Below are positions 1-11,420 of a stretch of DNA of 64,000 nt, one piece after another. The stretch lies in the NCBI GenBank assembly GCA_963745495.1, contig CAVUXJ010000004.1, positions 299,985 through 363,984 of the forward strand, given 5' to 3'. A program made the position numbers and the translations under genes. The DNA comes from an uncultured Acidobacteriota bacterium (GTDB lineage: Bacteria; Acidobacteriota; Vicinamibacteria; Vicinamibacterales; CAVVIG01). The first letter of the stretch is position 1; each line of letters begins with the position of its first letter. Below the pieces are notes generated by a model that was not told where the DNA came from, made no database searches, and was given only the letters and a program-made list of their open reading frames with translations.

Positions 1-327
1 GACATCGACGTCGACAATTTCGACAGTCGCATGAAGGCGCTGAAGCCGCGTGCAGCGTTTGCGGTGCCGAACACACTGACCGGCGAGGGCAACATCAACG
101 TCGAGCTCACCTTCGAGAACATGGACGATTTTTCGCCGGCGGCGGTCGCCCGCAAGGTCGACGCGCTCAACAAGCTCCTCGAAGCCAGAGAACAGCTGGC
201 GAACCTGATTACCTACATGGACGGCAAGACCGGGGCGGAGGAGCTCGTGAGCAAGCTGTTGCAGGATCCGGCGCTCCTGCAGACGCTGGCGACGACCAAG
301 AATCCGCAGGACGAACCTTCGTCATGA
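1..327 (+). CDS. tssB: T6SS contractile sheath small subunit TssB (VipA/ImpB), C-terminal part; the 5' end lies outside the window
   Basis: The frame is open from nt 1 (DIDVDNFDSRMKALKPR...DFSPAAVARKVDALNKLLEAREQLANL), a typical TssB C-terminal region. It sits directly upstream of tssC. Confidence 0.85.
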   Translation, partial: DIDVDNFDSRMKALKPRAAFAVPNTLTGEGNINVELTFENMDDFSPAAVARKVDALNKLLEAREQLANLITYMDGKTGAEELVSKLLQDPALLQTLATTKNPQDEPSS

Positions 328-357
328 ATCGCGTGAACCGCCGAGCGGAGAACAGCC

Positions 358-1854
358 ATGGCTGACCCCAAATCCCAGCAGGACGCGCAGCCGGAGGTCG
401 GAACCGTTGAAGTGACGGAATTCGATTCTCTGCTGAGGAAAGAATTCAAGCCGAAGACCGACGAGGCCAAGGAAGCCGTCGAGCGAGCGGTCCGGACGCT
501 GGCCGAGCAGGCGCTCTCGCAGACCAAGCTGATCGGCGCCGACGTCGTCAAGTCCATCGAGGCGATCATCGCCCAGCTGGACAAGAAGCTGACCGAGCAG
601 ATCAACCTGATCCTGCATCACCCCGACTTCCAGAAGCTCGAAGGCGCCTGGCGCGGGCTGCACTATCTGGTGAACAACACCGAAACCGACGAGATGCTCA
701 AGATCCGCTTCATGAACATCAGCAAGCTGGATCTCGGCAAGACGCTGAAGCGCTACAAGGGCACGGCGTGGGATCAGAGCCCGCTGTTCAAGAAGGTCTA
801 CGAGGCGGAATACGGCCAGTTCGGCGGCGAGCCGTTCGGCTGCCTGGTCGGCGACTACTACTTCGACCAGACGCCGCCCGATGCGGAGCTGCTGGGCGAA
901 ATGTCCAAGGTCGCCGCCGCGGCGCACACGCCGTTCATCGCCGGCGCCTCGCCGACGGTCATGCAGATGGACAGCTGGCAGGAGCTGGCCAATCCGCGCG
1001 ACCTCACCAAGATCTTCACCACGCCCGAGTACGCCGGCTGGCGGTCGCTGCGCGAATCGGAGGATGCCCGCTATCTCGGTCTGGCGATGCCGCGCTACCT
1101 GTCGCGCCTGCCGTACGGCGCCAAGACCAGCCCCGTCGAGGAGTTCGACTTCGAGGAGGACACGGGCGCGGCCGACCACAGCCGCTACACCTGGGCGAAT
1201 GCCGCCTACGCGATGGCGGTGAACATCAACCGCTCGTTCAAGCTCTACGGCTGGTGCTCGCGCATCCGCGGCATCGAGTCCGGCGGCTCGGTCGAAGGCC
1301 TGCCGACGCACACCTTCCCGACCGACGACGGCGGCGTGGACATGAAGTGTCCGACCGAGATCGCCATCAGCGACCGGCGCGAGGCGGAGCTGGCGAAGAA
1401 CGGCTTCATGCCGCTCGTCCATCGCAAGAACTCGGATTTCGCCGCGTTCATCGGCGCGCAGTCGCTGCAGAAGCCGTTCGAATACGACGATCCGGACGCG
1501 ACGGCCAACGCCAATCTGTCGGCGCGGCTGCCGTATCTGTTCGCGTGCTGCCGGTTTGCCCACTACTTGAAGTGCATCGTGCGCGACAAGATCGGCTCCT
1601 TCAAGGAGCGGGACGACATGCAGATCTGGCTGCAGAAGTGGATCATGAACTACGTCGACGGCGATCCGGCGCATTCCTCGGAAACGACCAAGGCGCAGAA
1701 ACCGCTGGCCGCCGCCGAAGTGCAGGTGGAGGAAGTCGAAGGGAACCCGGGCTACTACTCGGCGAAGTTCTTTCTTCGCCCGCACTATCAGCTGGAGGGG
1801 CTGACCGTGTCGCTCCGGCTGGTGTCCAAGCTGCCGTCGGCCAAGGCCAGTTGA
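358..1854 (+). CDS. tssC: T6SS contractile sheath large subunit TssC (VipB/ImpC)
   Basis: Uninterrupted 498-aa ORF with TssC-like sequence throughout (HPDFQKLEGAWRGLHYLV, FGCLVGDYYF, PRYLSRLPYG, MPLVHRKNSDFAAF). It lies between tssB and hcp. Confidence 0.95.
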   Translation: MADPKSQQDAQPEVGTVEVTEFDSLLRKEFKPKTDEAKEAVERAVRTLAEQALSQTKLIGADVVKSIEAIIAQLDKKLTEQINLILHHPDFQKLEGAWRGLHYLVNNTETDEMLKIRFMNISKLDLGKTLKRYKGTAWDQSPLFKKVYEAEYGQFGGEPFGCLVGDYYFDQTPPDAELLGEMSKVAAAAHTPFIAGASPTVMQMDSWQELANPRDLTKIFTTPEYAGWRSLRESEDARYLGLAMPRYLSRLPYGAKTSPVEEFDFEEDTGAADHSRYTWANAAYAMAVNINRSFKLYGWCSRIRGIESGGSVEGLPTHTFPTDDGGVDMKCPTEIAISDRREAELAKNGFMPLVHRKNSDFAAFIGAQSLQKPFEYDDPDATANANLSARLPYLFACCRFAHYLKCIVRDKIGSFKERDDMQIWLQKWIMNYVDGDPAHSSETTKAQKPLAAAEVQVEEVEGNPGYYSAKFFLRPHYQLEGLTVSLRLVSKLPSAKAS

Positions 1855-1906
1855 TTGTTCAGGACATCCCTTCAACGGAAACGCATCGTAGGACAGGAGC
1901 ATCGTT

Positions 1907-2389
1907 ATGGCATCAGACATTTTCGCGAAGATCGGCGACATCAAGGGTGAATCGCTCGACGCCAAGCACAAGGACGAGATCGAAGTGCTCTCGTGGTCCT
2001 GGGGAGTTCAGCAGAGCGGCACCATGGCCCACGGCGGCGGCGGCGGTGAGGGCAAGGCGAGCTTCAACGATTTCAACTTCACCCATCACGTCGACAAGGC
2101 GTCGCCGGTGCTGTTGAAAGCGTGCGCGACCGGCGAGCACATCAAGGAAGCGACGATCACGGTGCGCAAGGCCGGCAAGGGCCAGCAGGAGTTCCTGATC
2201 ATCAAGATGACCGACATCCTCATCACCAGCGTCAACCCGAGCGGTTCCGGCGATGCGGCCGCCACGGCGGAGAGCGTCGCGCTGCAGTGCGCCAAGGTCG
2301 ATCTGGAATACAAGCCGCAGAAGGCGGACGGATCGCTGGATGCCGGCCTCCATTTCAAGTACGACATCAAGGGCAACAAGGAAGGGTAG
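1907..2389 (+). CDS. hcp: Hcp (TssD) inner-tube protein, copy 1
   Basis: 160-aa ORF MASDIFAKIGDIKGESLDAKHKDEIEVLSWSWG..., the classical Hcp N-terminus. An AGGAG sequence lies upstream. Confidence 0.95.
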   Translation: MASDIFAKIGDIKGESLDAKHKDEIEVLSWSWGVQQSGTMAHGGGGGEGKASFNDFNFTHHVDKASPVLLKACATGEHIKEATITVRKAGKGQQEFLIIKMTDILITSVNPSGSGDAAATAESVALQCAKVDLEYKPQKADGSLDAGLHFKYDIKGNKEG

Positions 2390-2481
2390 CCGCGACGCGG
2401 TGCTCGCACGGCTCGTCCGGTCGTGCGAGCGGCGACACGCAGTCGGACATACAGGCAGAAAGCTGACGAACGTGACCTCGA

Positions 2482-2989
2482 ATGCCCGTGAGCGGCGGCG
2501 CCGGCGACATGTTCCTGATGGTCAAGGGCGCCAAGCATGGCCTGATCAAAGGGGAATCGCAGGACGATCAGCACAAGGGCGAGATCGAGGTCTTGAGCTG
2601 GTCGTGGGGGATGCAGGCGAAGGCCGAGCATCGGCGGCGGCACCGCGACCGGGAAGGCCACGATCAACGATCTGAGAATCGTGAAGCGGGTCGACAGCGC
2701 CTCGACGGCCTTGATGCTGGCGCTGCGGACGAACGAGCCGATCCAGAAGGCCGTGCTGACGCTGCGGAAGGCGGGCAAGAGCCAGCTCGAATACCTGAAG
2801 ATCACGATCGAGCAGGGGCGCGTGATCTCGCTCACCATCGACGGCGGCGAGACGACCGGCAGCCCGGACGTCGTCGAGAGAGTGAGTTTCTCGTTCAACA
2901 AGATCGAGGTCGAGTACGTGCCTCAAGGGAAGGACGGACTGCCGCAGGGCGGCATGACGTTCGCGGACCAATGGAGCGACCAGACCTAG
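2482..2989 (+). CDS. hcp: Hcp (TssD) copy 2, read across one apparent 1-nt insertion near 2623
   Basis: The N-terminal part (GDMFLMVKGAKHGLIKGESQDDQHKGEIEVLSWSWGMQAK) is in frame 1. Skipping one base at 2622-2624 continues as PSIGGGTATGKATINDLRIVKRVDSAS...FNKIEVEYVPQ in frame 2 (ORF 2681..2989). Confidence 0.85.
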
Positions 2990-3032
2990 CCGGGGCCGGT
3001 CCTTCCAGACGTTTCTCTCAGGATGTCACGCC

Positions 3033-3873
3033 ATGAGCCTCGCCGATGTCGCCGAACAGAGTCTGAAGGGCGGCGATCCTGTCGCCGCGCTGGCTCAGTT
3101 GCAGGAGCAGGTGCGCGCCAAACCGGCTGATCCGAAGCTGCGCATCTTCCTGTTTCAGCTGCTCTGCGTGCTCGGCCAGTGGGAGCGCGCGCTCAACCAG
3201 CTGAACGTCGCCTCCGGCCTCGACCCGGAGGCGCTGGCCATGGCGCAGACCTACGGCGACGCGGTGCGCTGCGAGGCGGTCCGCGACGACGTGTTCGACG
3301 GGAAGAAATCGCCGATGATCTTCGGCCAGCCCGACCAGTGGCTGGCGCTGCTGATCGAGTCGCTGCTCGTCGCGGGCCGCGGCGAGCGCGAGCGATCGCA
3401 GGAGCTGCGCTCCAGGGCCTTCGACGAGGCACCGGCATCGCAGGGCGACATCGACGGACGGCCGTTCTCCTGGATCGCCGACGCCGATTCCCGTCTCGGC
3501 CCGGTGCTCGAAGCGGTCATCAACGGCCGCTACTACTGGGTGCCCTTCTCCCGTCTGACCAAGATCCAGATCGAACCGCCGGAGGACCTGCGCGACATGG
3601 TCTGGATGCCGGCGCACCTGCAGTTCGAGAATGGCGGCGAGTCGGTGGCGCTGATTCCGACCCGATATCCCGGCTCGGAGACGGCCGGCGGACGGCCTGA
3701 TCGCGCTGGCGCGGAAGACCGTGTGGGAGGAGATGGCTCCGGACGCGCACCGCGGTCTCGGTCAGCGCATCCTCGCCACCGACACCGACGACGTGCCCCT
3801 CATGGAGGTCCGCACGATCTCGCTCACCGGCAGCGCGGAGGAGACGACGGATCTCGCCGCCGATCATGGCTGA
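3033..3873 (+). CDS. tagJ: ImpE/TagJ-family T6SS accessory protein, one apparent frameshift near 3685
   Basis: [54 protein letters not shown]...[11 protein letters not shown]...IPTRYPGSE is ImpE-like. After the frame change it continues [14 protein letters not shown]...[10 protein letters not shown] and stops at 3871-3873. The stop region overlaps the tssE start (ATGGCTGA). Confidence 0.8.
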
Positions 3874-4390
3874 TCAACTCCTGCCCCAGGATCGGCTGCA
3901 GCCGGCGCTGCTGGATCGTCTCACCGACGACGAACCGGACAAGAAGCAGGAGCCTCGCGAGGCGCGCGTCCTGTCGAAGAGCCGCCTGCGGCAGTCGGTC
4001 CTGCGCGATCTCGCCTGGCTGTTCAACGCCACGCGGCTCGAAGCGGTCGACCGATCTGGCGAAGGCGCCGCACGTGCGCCGGTCGGTGTTGAATTTCGGG
4101 CTGCCGGCGCTGTCCGGGAAGGACGGCCTCCTCGCTCGACGTGACCGACCTCGCCCGCGCCATCCGCGAGGCCATCCTGACCTTCGAGCCGCGCATCCTG
4201 CCGGCGACGCTGCAGATCAGGACGCTGCTCGAGGCCGGCGACCTCGATCATCACAACGTCATCGGCGTCGAGATTCACGGCCAGCTCTGGGCGCAGCCGG
4301 TGCCGCTCGAGTTCCTGGTCCGCACCGAGTTCGATCTGGAAACCGGGAAGGTGCAGATCGCCGATCTCGCTCCCGCCGCGGGTGGCGTGA
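3866..4390 (+). CDS. tssE: T6SS baseplate protein TssE (gp25-like), about 3 apparent frameshifts
   Basis: The pieces [24 protein letters not shown]...[12 protein letters not shown], then [23 protein letters not shown], then [23 protein letters not shown]...[18 protein letters not shown] lie in three frames. The proposed stop is TGA at 4388-4390, immediately before the tssF ATG. Confidence 0.75.
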
Positions 4391-6277
4391 ATGGATCCGC
4401 GCCTCCTTCAGTACTACAACCTCGAGCTGCAGCACCTGCGCGAGACGGGCGCCGAGTTCGCCGCAGCAGTTTCCGAAGATTGCGGCCCGGCTCGGGATGC
4501 ACGGGCTGGAGGTGGCCGATCCCTACGTGGAGCGGCTGCTCGAAGGCGTCGGGTTTCTGGCGGCGCGCGTGCAGCTCAAGCTCGACGCCGAGTTCCCGCG
4601 CTTCACGCAGGCGCTGCTCGAGATCGTCTATCCGCACTACCTGGCGCCGACGCCGTCGATGCTGGTCGCGCAGCTCACGCCCGATCCGAACGATCCGAAC
4701 CTGGCCGGCGGCCCCACGGTGCCGCGCGGCAGCACGCTGTCGGGCCTGCTGGCCGCCGACGATGCCACGGCGTGTGAGTTTCGCACCGCGCACGACGTGA
4801 CGCTGTGGCCGGTCGAGATCGTGTCGGCGAGCTACTTCTCCTTCGCGCCCGATCTGCCGCTCAACACGCTGCCGATCGCGCAGCGCATCAAGGGCGGCGT
4901 GCGGATCCGGCTGAAGACGACCGGCGGGCCTGAAGTTCGCGCAGACGGCGATCGACCGGCTGTGCTTCTATCTGACCGGCCGCGACGACGTGGCGAACAA
5001 GCTGTACGAGCTGTGCCTGGCGAGCCGGCCTCGGCGCGCTGGTGCTGCCGTCGAAGAGCGCGCACGCGGTGGCACGAGTTTCTTCCGGCGGCGTCGATCC
5101 AGCCGGTCGGCTTCAGCCGACGCCGAGGCGCTGCTGCCGGTGACGCTGCGCTCGTTTCAGGGCTACCGGCTGCTGCAGGAGTATTTTGCGTTCCCGCAGC
5201 GCTTTCGCTTCTTCGAGCTGACCGGGCTCGCGCGGGCGCTCAAGCGGGTCGATGCGGACCAGGTCGAGCTCGTGATTCTGCTCGGCCGCGGCGAGCCGAC
5301 GCTCGAGAGCGTCGTCGATGGCTCGAACCTGGCGCTGTTCTGCACGCCGGCCGTCAATCTGTTCCACAAGCGCGCCGATCGCATCCACGTCAGCGACAGC
5401 GCGCACGAGTATCACGTCGTGCCGGACCGGACCAGGCCGCTCGATTTCGAGGTCTACGAGGTGACCGAGCGTCGTCGGCCACGGCATCGGCACCGACAGC
5501 GAACAGCAGTTTCTGCCGTTCTACTCGGCGTACAGCACCGACGAGGAGCATCAGCAGTCCGCCTACTTCACGACGCGCCGCGAGCCGCGGCTGGTGTCGC
5601 CGACGCGCGAAGCGCCGCGGCTCCCGCTCGAGCTACATCGGGACCGAGGTCTTTCTGTCGCTCGTCGATCCGGCGCAGGCGCCGTTCAGCGGCGACCTGC
5701 GCCAGCTCTCGATCCAGGCGCTGTGCACCAATCGGGATCTCGTGCTGCAGATGCCGGTCGGCATCGGGACGAGCGACCTGTCGCTGGACGTCGCCGCTCC
5801 GCGTGGCGAGCATCCGCGTGATCAGCGGTCCCAGCCGTCCGTACGCGCCGCTGGCCGACGGCGCCGTGTCCTGGCGCGCCATCAGCCATCTGTCGCTCAA
5901 CTATCTGTCGCTCGTGCAGTCGACGCCGGAGGAAGGGGCCGCCGCGCTGCGCGATCTGCTCGAGCTGTACGCGGCGAGCGCCGACGTGAGCGCCAGGCGG
6001 CAGATCGAGGGGATCCGGTCGGTGCGCGTGGGACGCGTCGTGCGCCGGCTGCGCGCGCCGGGTCCGCTCGCCTTCGGCCGCGGCCTCGAGATCACCGTGC
6101 ACGGTCGACGAGCTGGCGTTCGAGGGCGCCAGCGCGTTCCTGCTCGGATCGGTGCTCGATCGATATTTCGCGCGTCACGTGTCGATCAACTCGTTCACGG
6201 AAACCGTGCTGCGGTCCGAGAACCGCGGGGAAATCAACCGATGGGGGCAGCAATGGGGCGCGAGACCGACGCTCTAG
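4391..6277 (+). CDS. tssF: T6SS baseplate protein TssF, at least 9 apparent frameshifts
   Basis: MDPRLLQYYNLELQHLRETGAEFA, then QFPKIAARLGMHGLEVADPYVERLLEGVGFLAARVQLKLDAEFPRFTQALLEIVYPHYLAPTPSM, through to [23 protein letters not shown]. The TssF-like sequence can be followed only by hopping between the frames of ORFs 4391, 3033 and 4990. Confidence 0.85.
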
Positions 6278-7286
6278 CGTTCTTCGCGGCCCTGGCGGCG
6301 GCGCCGTACCGCTACGACTTCTACCAGACGCTGCGCCGGCTGGAGTGTCTGTACGACGGGAAGCCGCGTTGGGGACAAGCGCTGCGTCCGGTCGACGAGC
6401 CGGTGCGGCTGGGACAGGATCCCGATCTGTCGTTTGCGCCCGCGCCGCTGGCGTCGTTCGAGGCCGACGGCGGCGGGCCGCCGCGGCTCCAGGTGAGGCT
6501 GTTCGGCCTGTTCGGGCCCAACGGACCGCTGCCGCTCCACCTCACGGAATACGCGCGCGAGCGGCTGCGGCATGCCGGCGATCCGACGCTCAGCCGGTTT
6601 CTCGACATCTTCCATCATCGGTTCCTCGCGCTCTTCTACCGGGCCTGGGCCCAGGCGCAGCCGCACGTCAACCGCGATCGCCCGAAGGAGGATCGCTTTA
6701 CGGTCTACGTCGGCGCGTTCCTCGGGCATGTCGCCGGCGGCGTTTCGCGATCGCGACGCGCTGCCGGACCTGGCCAAGTTCTTTCACGTCGGCGCGCTCA
6801 TCCGGCAGGTGCGGAACGCCGAAGGGCTGACGCACATTCTCCAGCATTTTTTCCGCGTGCCGGTGCAGATCGAGGAGTTCGTCGGCCACTGGCTGTCCCT
6901 GAGCGCCGGCGAGCGGACGTCCCTGTCGCCGAGGGCGCGACGCTCGGCTCCGGCGCCGTGCTCGGCGGCCGCGTGTGGGACCGCCAGCACAAGTTCCGGA
7001 TTCATCTCGGCCCGCTGACGCTCGCCCAGTACGAGAGCTTTCTGCCGGGCGGCGCGCCGCTCAGAAAGCTGGTCGACTGGGTCCGGATGTATCTCTGCTT
7101 CGAGCTCGATTGGGACGTTCGCCTGCTGCTGAAGCACGAACGAGGTCCCGCCGCTGACGCTCGGCGGCGGCCAGCGACTGGGCTGGACGACCTGGCTCGG
7201 CCGCCGGCGGACGCGACACGCACGCCGACGATCTGTGCCTGGACGCGGAAGCGTTCGTCGATCGCGAAGGAGCGCGCGCCGCATGA
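6241..7286 (+). CDS. tssG: T6SS baseplate protein TssG, about 4 apparent frameshifts
   Basis: [63 protein letters not shown]...[14 protein letters not shown]...[17 protein letters not shown]...[26 protein letters not shown]...LGWTTWLG. The proposed stop at 7284-7286 overlaps the clpV ATG (ATGA). Confidence 0.85.
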
Positions 7287-10016
7287 GTGAGATCAGCCGC
7301 TCGGCGTTGTTCGGCAAGCTCAACAGCCTCGCGTACAAGGCGATCGAGGGCGCGACGGTGTTCTGCAAGCTGCGCGGCAATCCGTACGTCGAGCTGGTGC
7401 ACTGGATCCAGCAGATTCTGCAGACGCCAGACTCCGACCTGCATCGCATCGTCAGGCACTTCGAGCTCGATCCGTCGCGGCTGGCCAAGGACGTCACCGA
7501 GGCGCTCGATCGGCTGCCGCGCGGCGCGACCTCGATCTCGGATCTTTCGTCGCACGTCGAGAATGCGGTCGAGCGCGGCTGGGTCTACGCGACGCTGATG
7601 TTCGGCGAGCCGCGCGTCCGCACCGGTCATCTCGTCGTCGGCATGCTGAAGACGCCGTCGCTGCGGAATGCCTTGATCGGCATCTCGCGCCAGTTCGAGC
7701 ACGTCAAGGCGGACACGCTGACCGAGGATTTCGCGCGGATCGTCAACGGCTCGCCCGAGGACAAGCTCGGCGCGACCGACGGCTCGTCGCTGGCGGCGCC
7801 GGGCGAAGCCAGCGACGCCATGGCGCCGGCGCAGATGGGCAAGCAGGAGGCGCTCAAGCGATTTGCGACGAACCTGACCGAGAAGGCGCGCAAGGGCGAG
7901 ATCGATCCGGTGAGCGGCCGCGACGAGGAGATCCGGCAGATCATCGACATCCTGATGCGCCGCCGGCAGAACAATCCGATTCTGACCGGCGAGGCGGGCG
8001 TCGGGAAGACCGCGGTGGTCGAAGGGCTTCGCGCTGCGGCTGGCGCGAGGCGACGTGCCGCCGCCGCTGCAGAACGTGTCGCTGTACACGCTCGATATCG
8101 GACTGCTGCAGGCCGGCGCGAGCATGAAGGGCGAGTTCGAGAACCGGCTGCGGCAGGTGATCGACGAAGTGCAGGCGTCGCCCAAGCCGATCATCCTGTT
8201 CGTGGACGAGGCGCACACGCTGATCGGCGCGGGCGGCGCGGCGGGCACGGGCGACGCCGCGAACCTGCTGAAGCCGGCGCTGGCGCGCGGCACGTTGCGC
8301 ACGATCGCCGCGACGACGTGGGGTGAATACAAGAAGTACATCGAGAAGGACCCCGCGCTCACGCGGCGCTTCCAGGTCGTGAAGGTCGAGGAGCCGAGCG
8401 AGGACAAGGCGATCCTGATGGTCCGCGGCGTCGCGTCCGTCCTCGAGAAGCATCACCGGGTGCAGGTGCTCGACGAGGCGCTCGAAGCGGCCGTGCGGCT
8501 GTCGCATCGCTACATCCCGGGCGGCAGCTGCCCGACAAGGCGGTCAGCCTGCTCGATACCGCGTGCGCGCGCGTGGCCATCAGCCAGCACGGCGTGCCGC
8601 CGCAGCTCGAGGACTGCCGGCGGACGATCGAGGCCCTGCAGACCGAGCTGGAGATCATCGGCCGCGAGGAAACCGTCGGCATCAACGCGGACGAGCGCCG
8701 GAAGGCCGCGGAAGAGAAGCTCGCGTCGAGCGAGCAGCTCCGCGCGTCGCTGGAGGAGCGGTGGAACGCCGAGCGCGAGCTGGTGGAGCGCGTCCTGGGG
8801 ATTCGCGCGAAGCTCCGGCAAGGGAAGCGAGCCGGTGGAAGGCACGGGCAGCAAGCTGGAGCAGGCCGCGGAGGCGCAGAAGACCGCCGCCGCCGCGCCG
8901 GCCGCCGAAACGGTGACGCCGGAAGAACGACAGCGACTGCTCGGCGAGCTGGCCGATCTCCAGGCGAAGCTGTCGGCGCTGCAGGGCGAGTCGCCGCTCA
9001 TCCTGCCGAGCGTCGACGAGCAGGCGGTCGGATCCGTCGTGCAGGACTGGACCGGCGTGCCGGTCGGCCGCATGGTGAAGAACGAGATCGAGACGGTGCT
9101 GAACCTGGCGGAGACGCTCAACCAGCGGGTGATCGGCCAGCGTCACGCGCTCGAGATGATCGCGAAGCGCATCCAGACGTCGCGCGCGAAGCTCGACAAC
9201 CCGAACAAGCCGATCGGCGTCTTCATGCTGTGCGGTCCGTCGGGCGTCGGCAAGACCGAAACCGCGTTGACGCTGGCCGAGGCGCTGTACGGCGGCGAGC
9301 AGAACGTCATCACGATCAACATGAGCGAGTTCCAGGAGGCGCACACCGTCTCGACGCTCAAGGGTTCGCCGCCCGGCTACGTCGGATACGGCGAGGGCGG
9401 CGTGCTGACCGAAGCGGTGCGGCGCCGTCCCTACAGCGTGGTGCTGCTGGACGAGGTCGAGAAGGCGCACTCGGACGTGCACGAGCTGTTCTTCCAGGTC
9501 TTCGACAAGGGCTGGATGGAAGACGGCGAAGGCCGGCGCATCGACTTCAGGAACACGATCATCCTGCTGACGTCGAACGTCGGCACCGATCTGATCATGA
9601 GCATGTGCAAGGACCCCGAGCTGATGCCGGAGCCCGAGGGCATTGCCAAGGGACTGCGCGAGCCGCTGTTGAAGAAGTTCCCGGCCGCGCTGCTCGGGCG
9701 GCTGGTCGTGATTCCGTATTACCCGTTGAGCGACGCGATGCTGTCGAACATCGTCCGCCTGCAGCTCGGGCGGATCGCGAAGCGGGTGGTCGAGCATCAC
9801 AAGATTCCGTTCAACTACGACGACGACGCCGTGAAGCTGATCGTCAGCCGGTGCACCGAGGTCGAGAGCGGCGGGCGGATGATCGACGCCATTCTCACGA
9901 ACACCGTGCTGCCGGCGATCAGCCGCGAGTTCCTGACGCGGACGATGGCCGGGGCGGCGCTGAACGGCGTGCGTCTGGCCGTGGCCGACGGCGATTTTGC
10001 GTATCGATTCGAGTAG
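7283..10016 (+). CDS. clpV: T6SS AAA+ ATPase ClpV (TssH), 3 apparent frameshifts (about 8030, 8520 and 8825)
   Basis: Clp N-domain ([24 protein letters not shown]), Walker A 1 ([13 protein letters not shown]), [16 protein letters not shown], a coiled-coil middle domain, Walker A 2 ([12 protein letters not shown]) and [11 protein letters not shown]. Confidence 0.9.
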
Positions 10017-10063
10017 GACGGGTTTCAGGACTCAGCGCGCCGAGTGCGCGGTTGATACACAGC

Positions 10064-11415
10064 ATGGAGCAGTCGCCGACAAAGGACCGCGCCGTCAGCC
10101 TGGACGAGGCGATCTCGATCGCGATCCGGCTGCAGCAGAACGAGCAGTGGGCGGCTGCGGACGACATCTATCGCAGGATCCTCGAGGTCGCGCCCGACTA
10201 TCCCGACGCGCTGCACTTTTCCGGCGTGCTCGCGCATCAGCAGGGGCGAGAGCGACGAGGCCGTCGCGCTGATCGAGCGGAGCCTGGAGCTCGAGCCCGA
10301 TCGGGCGGACTGGCACAGCAATCTGGGCATCGTCCTGCGGGATCGCCTCAGGCTGGACGAGGCGATCGCCGCGTTTCAGCGCGCGATTGCGCTCGATCCG
10401 AATCACGCCAACGCGCACAGCAATCTCGGCGTCCTCCTGAGGGCGCAGGGCAAGCCGGTCGAAGCGGAAGCGGCCTATCGGGCCGCCATTCGCGTCAATC
10501 CCGAGCACTCGACGCGTACACCAACCTCGGCATCCTGCTGAACGGCCAGAAGCGGACGCACGAAGCGGTCGTCTGCTTCTGCAAGGTCATCACGCTCAGG
10601 CCGAAGCACCCCGAAGCGCGGCGACTGCTGGCGCTGGCGCACTGCACGCTCGGCGAGGTCGACAAGGCGGTGGAGATCTTCGAGGAATGGCTCAAGGAGG
10701 AGCCGGACCATCCGATCGCGCTGCACATGCTCGCGGCGTGCTCCGGCCGCGACGTCCCGGCGCGGGCGTCGGACGGGTTCGTCGAAAAGACCTTCGACAG
10801 CTTCGCCGCCAGCTTCGACTCCAAGCTCGCGAAGCTGTCGTACCGCGCCCCGGCGCTGGTCGCGGCGATGCTGGCGGACTCGGGTGTCGAGGCGTCGAAG
10901 AGCCTCGACGTGCTCGATGCCGGCTGCGGCACCGGGCTTGTGCGGACCGCTCGTCGCGCCGTATGCGCGCCGGCTGGTCGGGGTCGACCTGTCCGCGCGC
11001 ATGCTGGCTCAGGCCGAGGCGAGGAACGTCTACGACGAGCTGTTCAAGGTCGAGCTGACCGCCTACCTGCGCGACTACCCCGGGGCGTTCGACGTGATTG
11101 TGTCGGCCGACACCCTCGTGTATTTCGGACCGCTGGAGGACGTCGTCGCGGCGGCGGCGGACGCGCTGCGTCCCGGCGGACGGCTCATCTTCACCGTGGA
11201 GCAATTGATCGACGCCGGGTCCGATGCGGGCTATCGCCATCAGCCAGCACGGCCGCTACTGCCACTCGCGCGAGTACGTCGAGCGCGTGCTGGCGGACGC
11301 GAATCTGCGGCCGGAGATCGTGCCGGCGGAGCTGCGTCTCGAAGCCGGCGATCCGGTCGCGGGGCTGGTGGTGCGGGCGACGAAACCGACGGATGCAGGA
11401 ATGAACCATGCCTAG
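10064..11415 (+). CDS. TPR-repeat protein fused to a class I SAM-dependent methyltransferase domain, about 4 apparent frameshifts
   Basis: TPR units (WAAADDIYRRILEVAPDYPDALHFSGVLAHQQG, ADWHSNLGIVLRD..LDEAIAAFQRAIALDPNHANAHSNLGVLLRAQGK, AYTNLGILL). These are followed by SAM-binding motif I LDVLDAGCGTG and FDVIVSADTLVYFG, LRPGGRLIFTVE. Confidence 0.7.
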
Positions 11416-11420
11416 AGTCG

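Noticed and set aside
322-1971. 549-aa minus-strand ORF opposite tssC, and similar long antisense ORFs (7061..8407, 8682..9800, 27425..28978, 29006..30322, 41199..42740 on plus, 60110..61444, 61822..62913)
   Set aside because: These are shadow ORFs of high-GC coding regions. Their composition is low-complexity (R/A/G/P/L-rich) with no recognisable motifs. The opposite strand in each case carries an unmistakable, often intact, conserved gene.
3033-6830. 1,265-aa ORF in the track, apparently one giant protein
   Set aside because: Only its first ~215 aa (ImpE/TagJ) and scattered internal stretches (parts of tssE, tssF and tssG) read like real protein. The rest is Arg/Ala/Gly/Pro-rich out-of-frame read-through, possible because stops are rare at this GC content. 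The real genes hop in and out of this frame.
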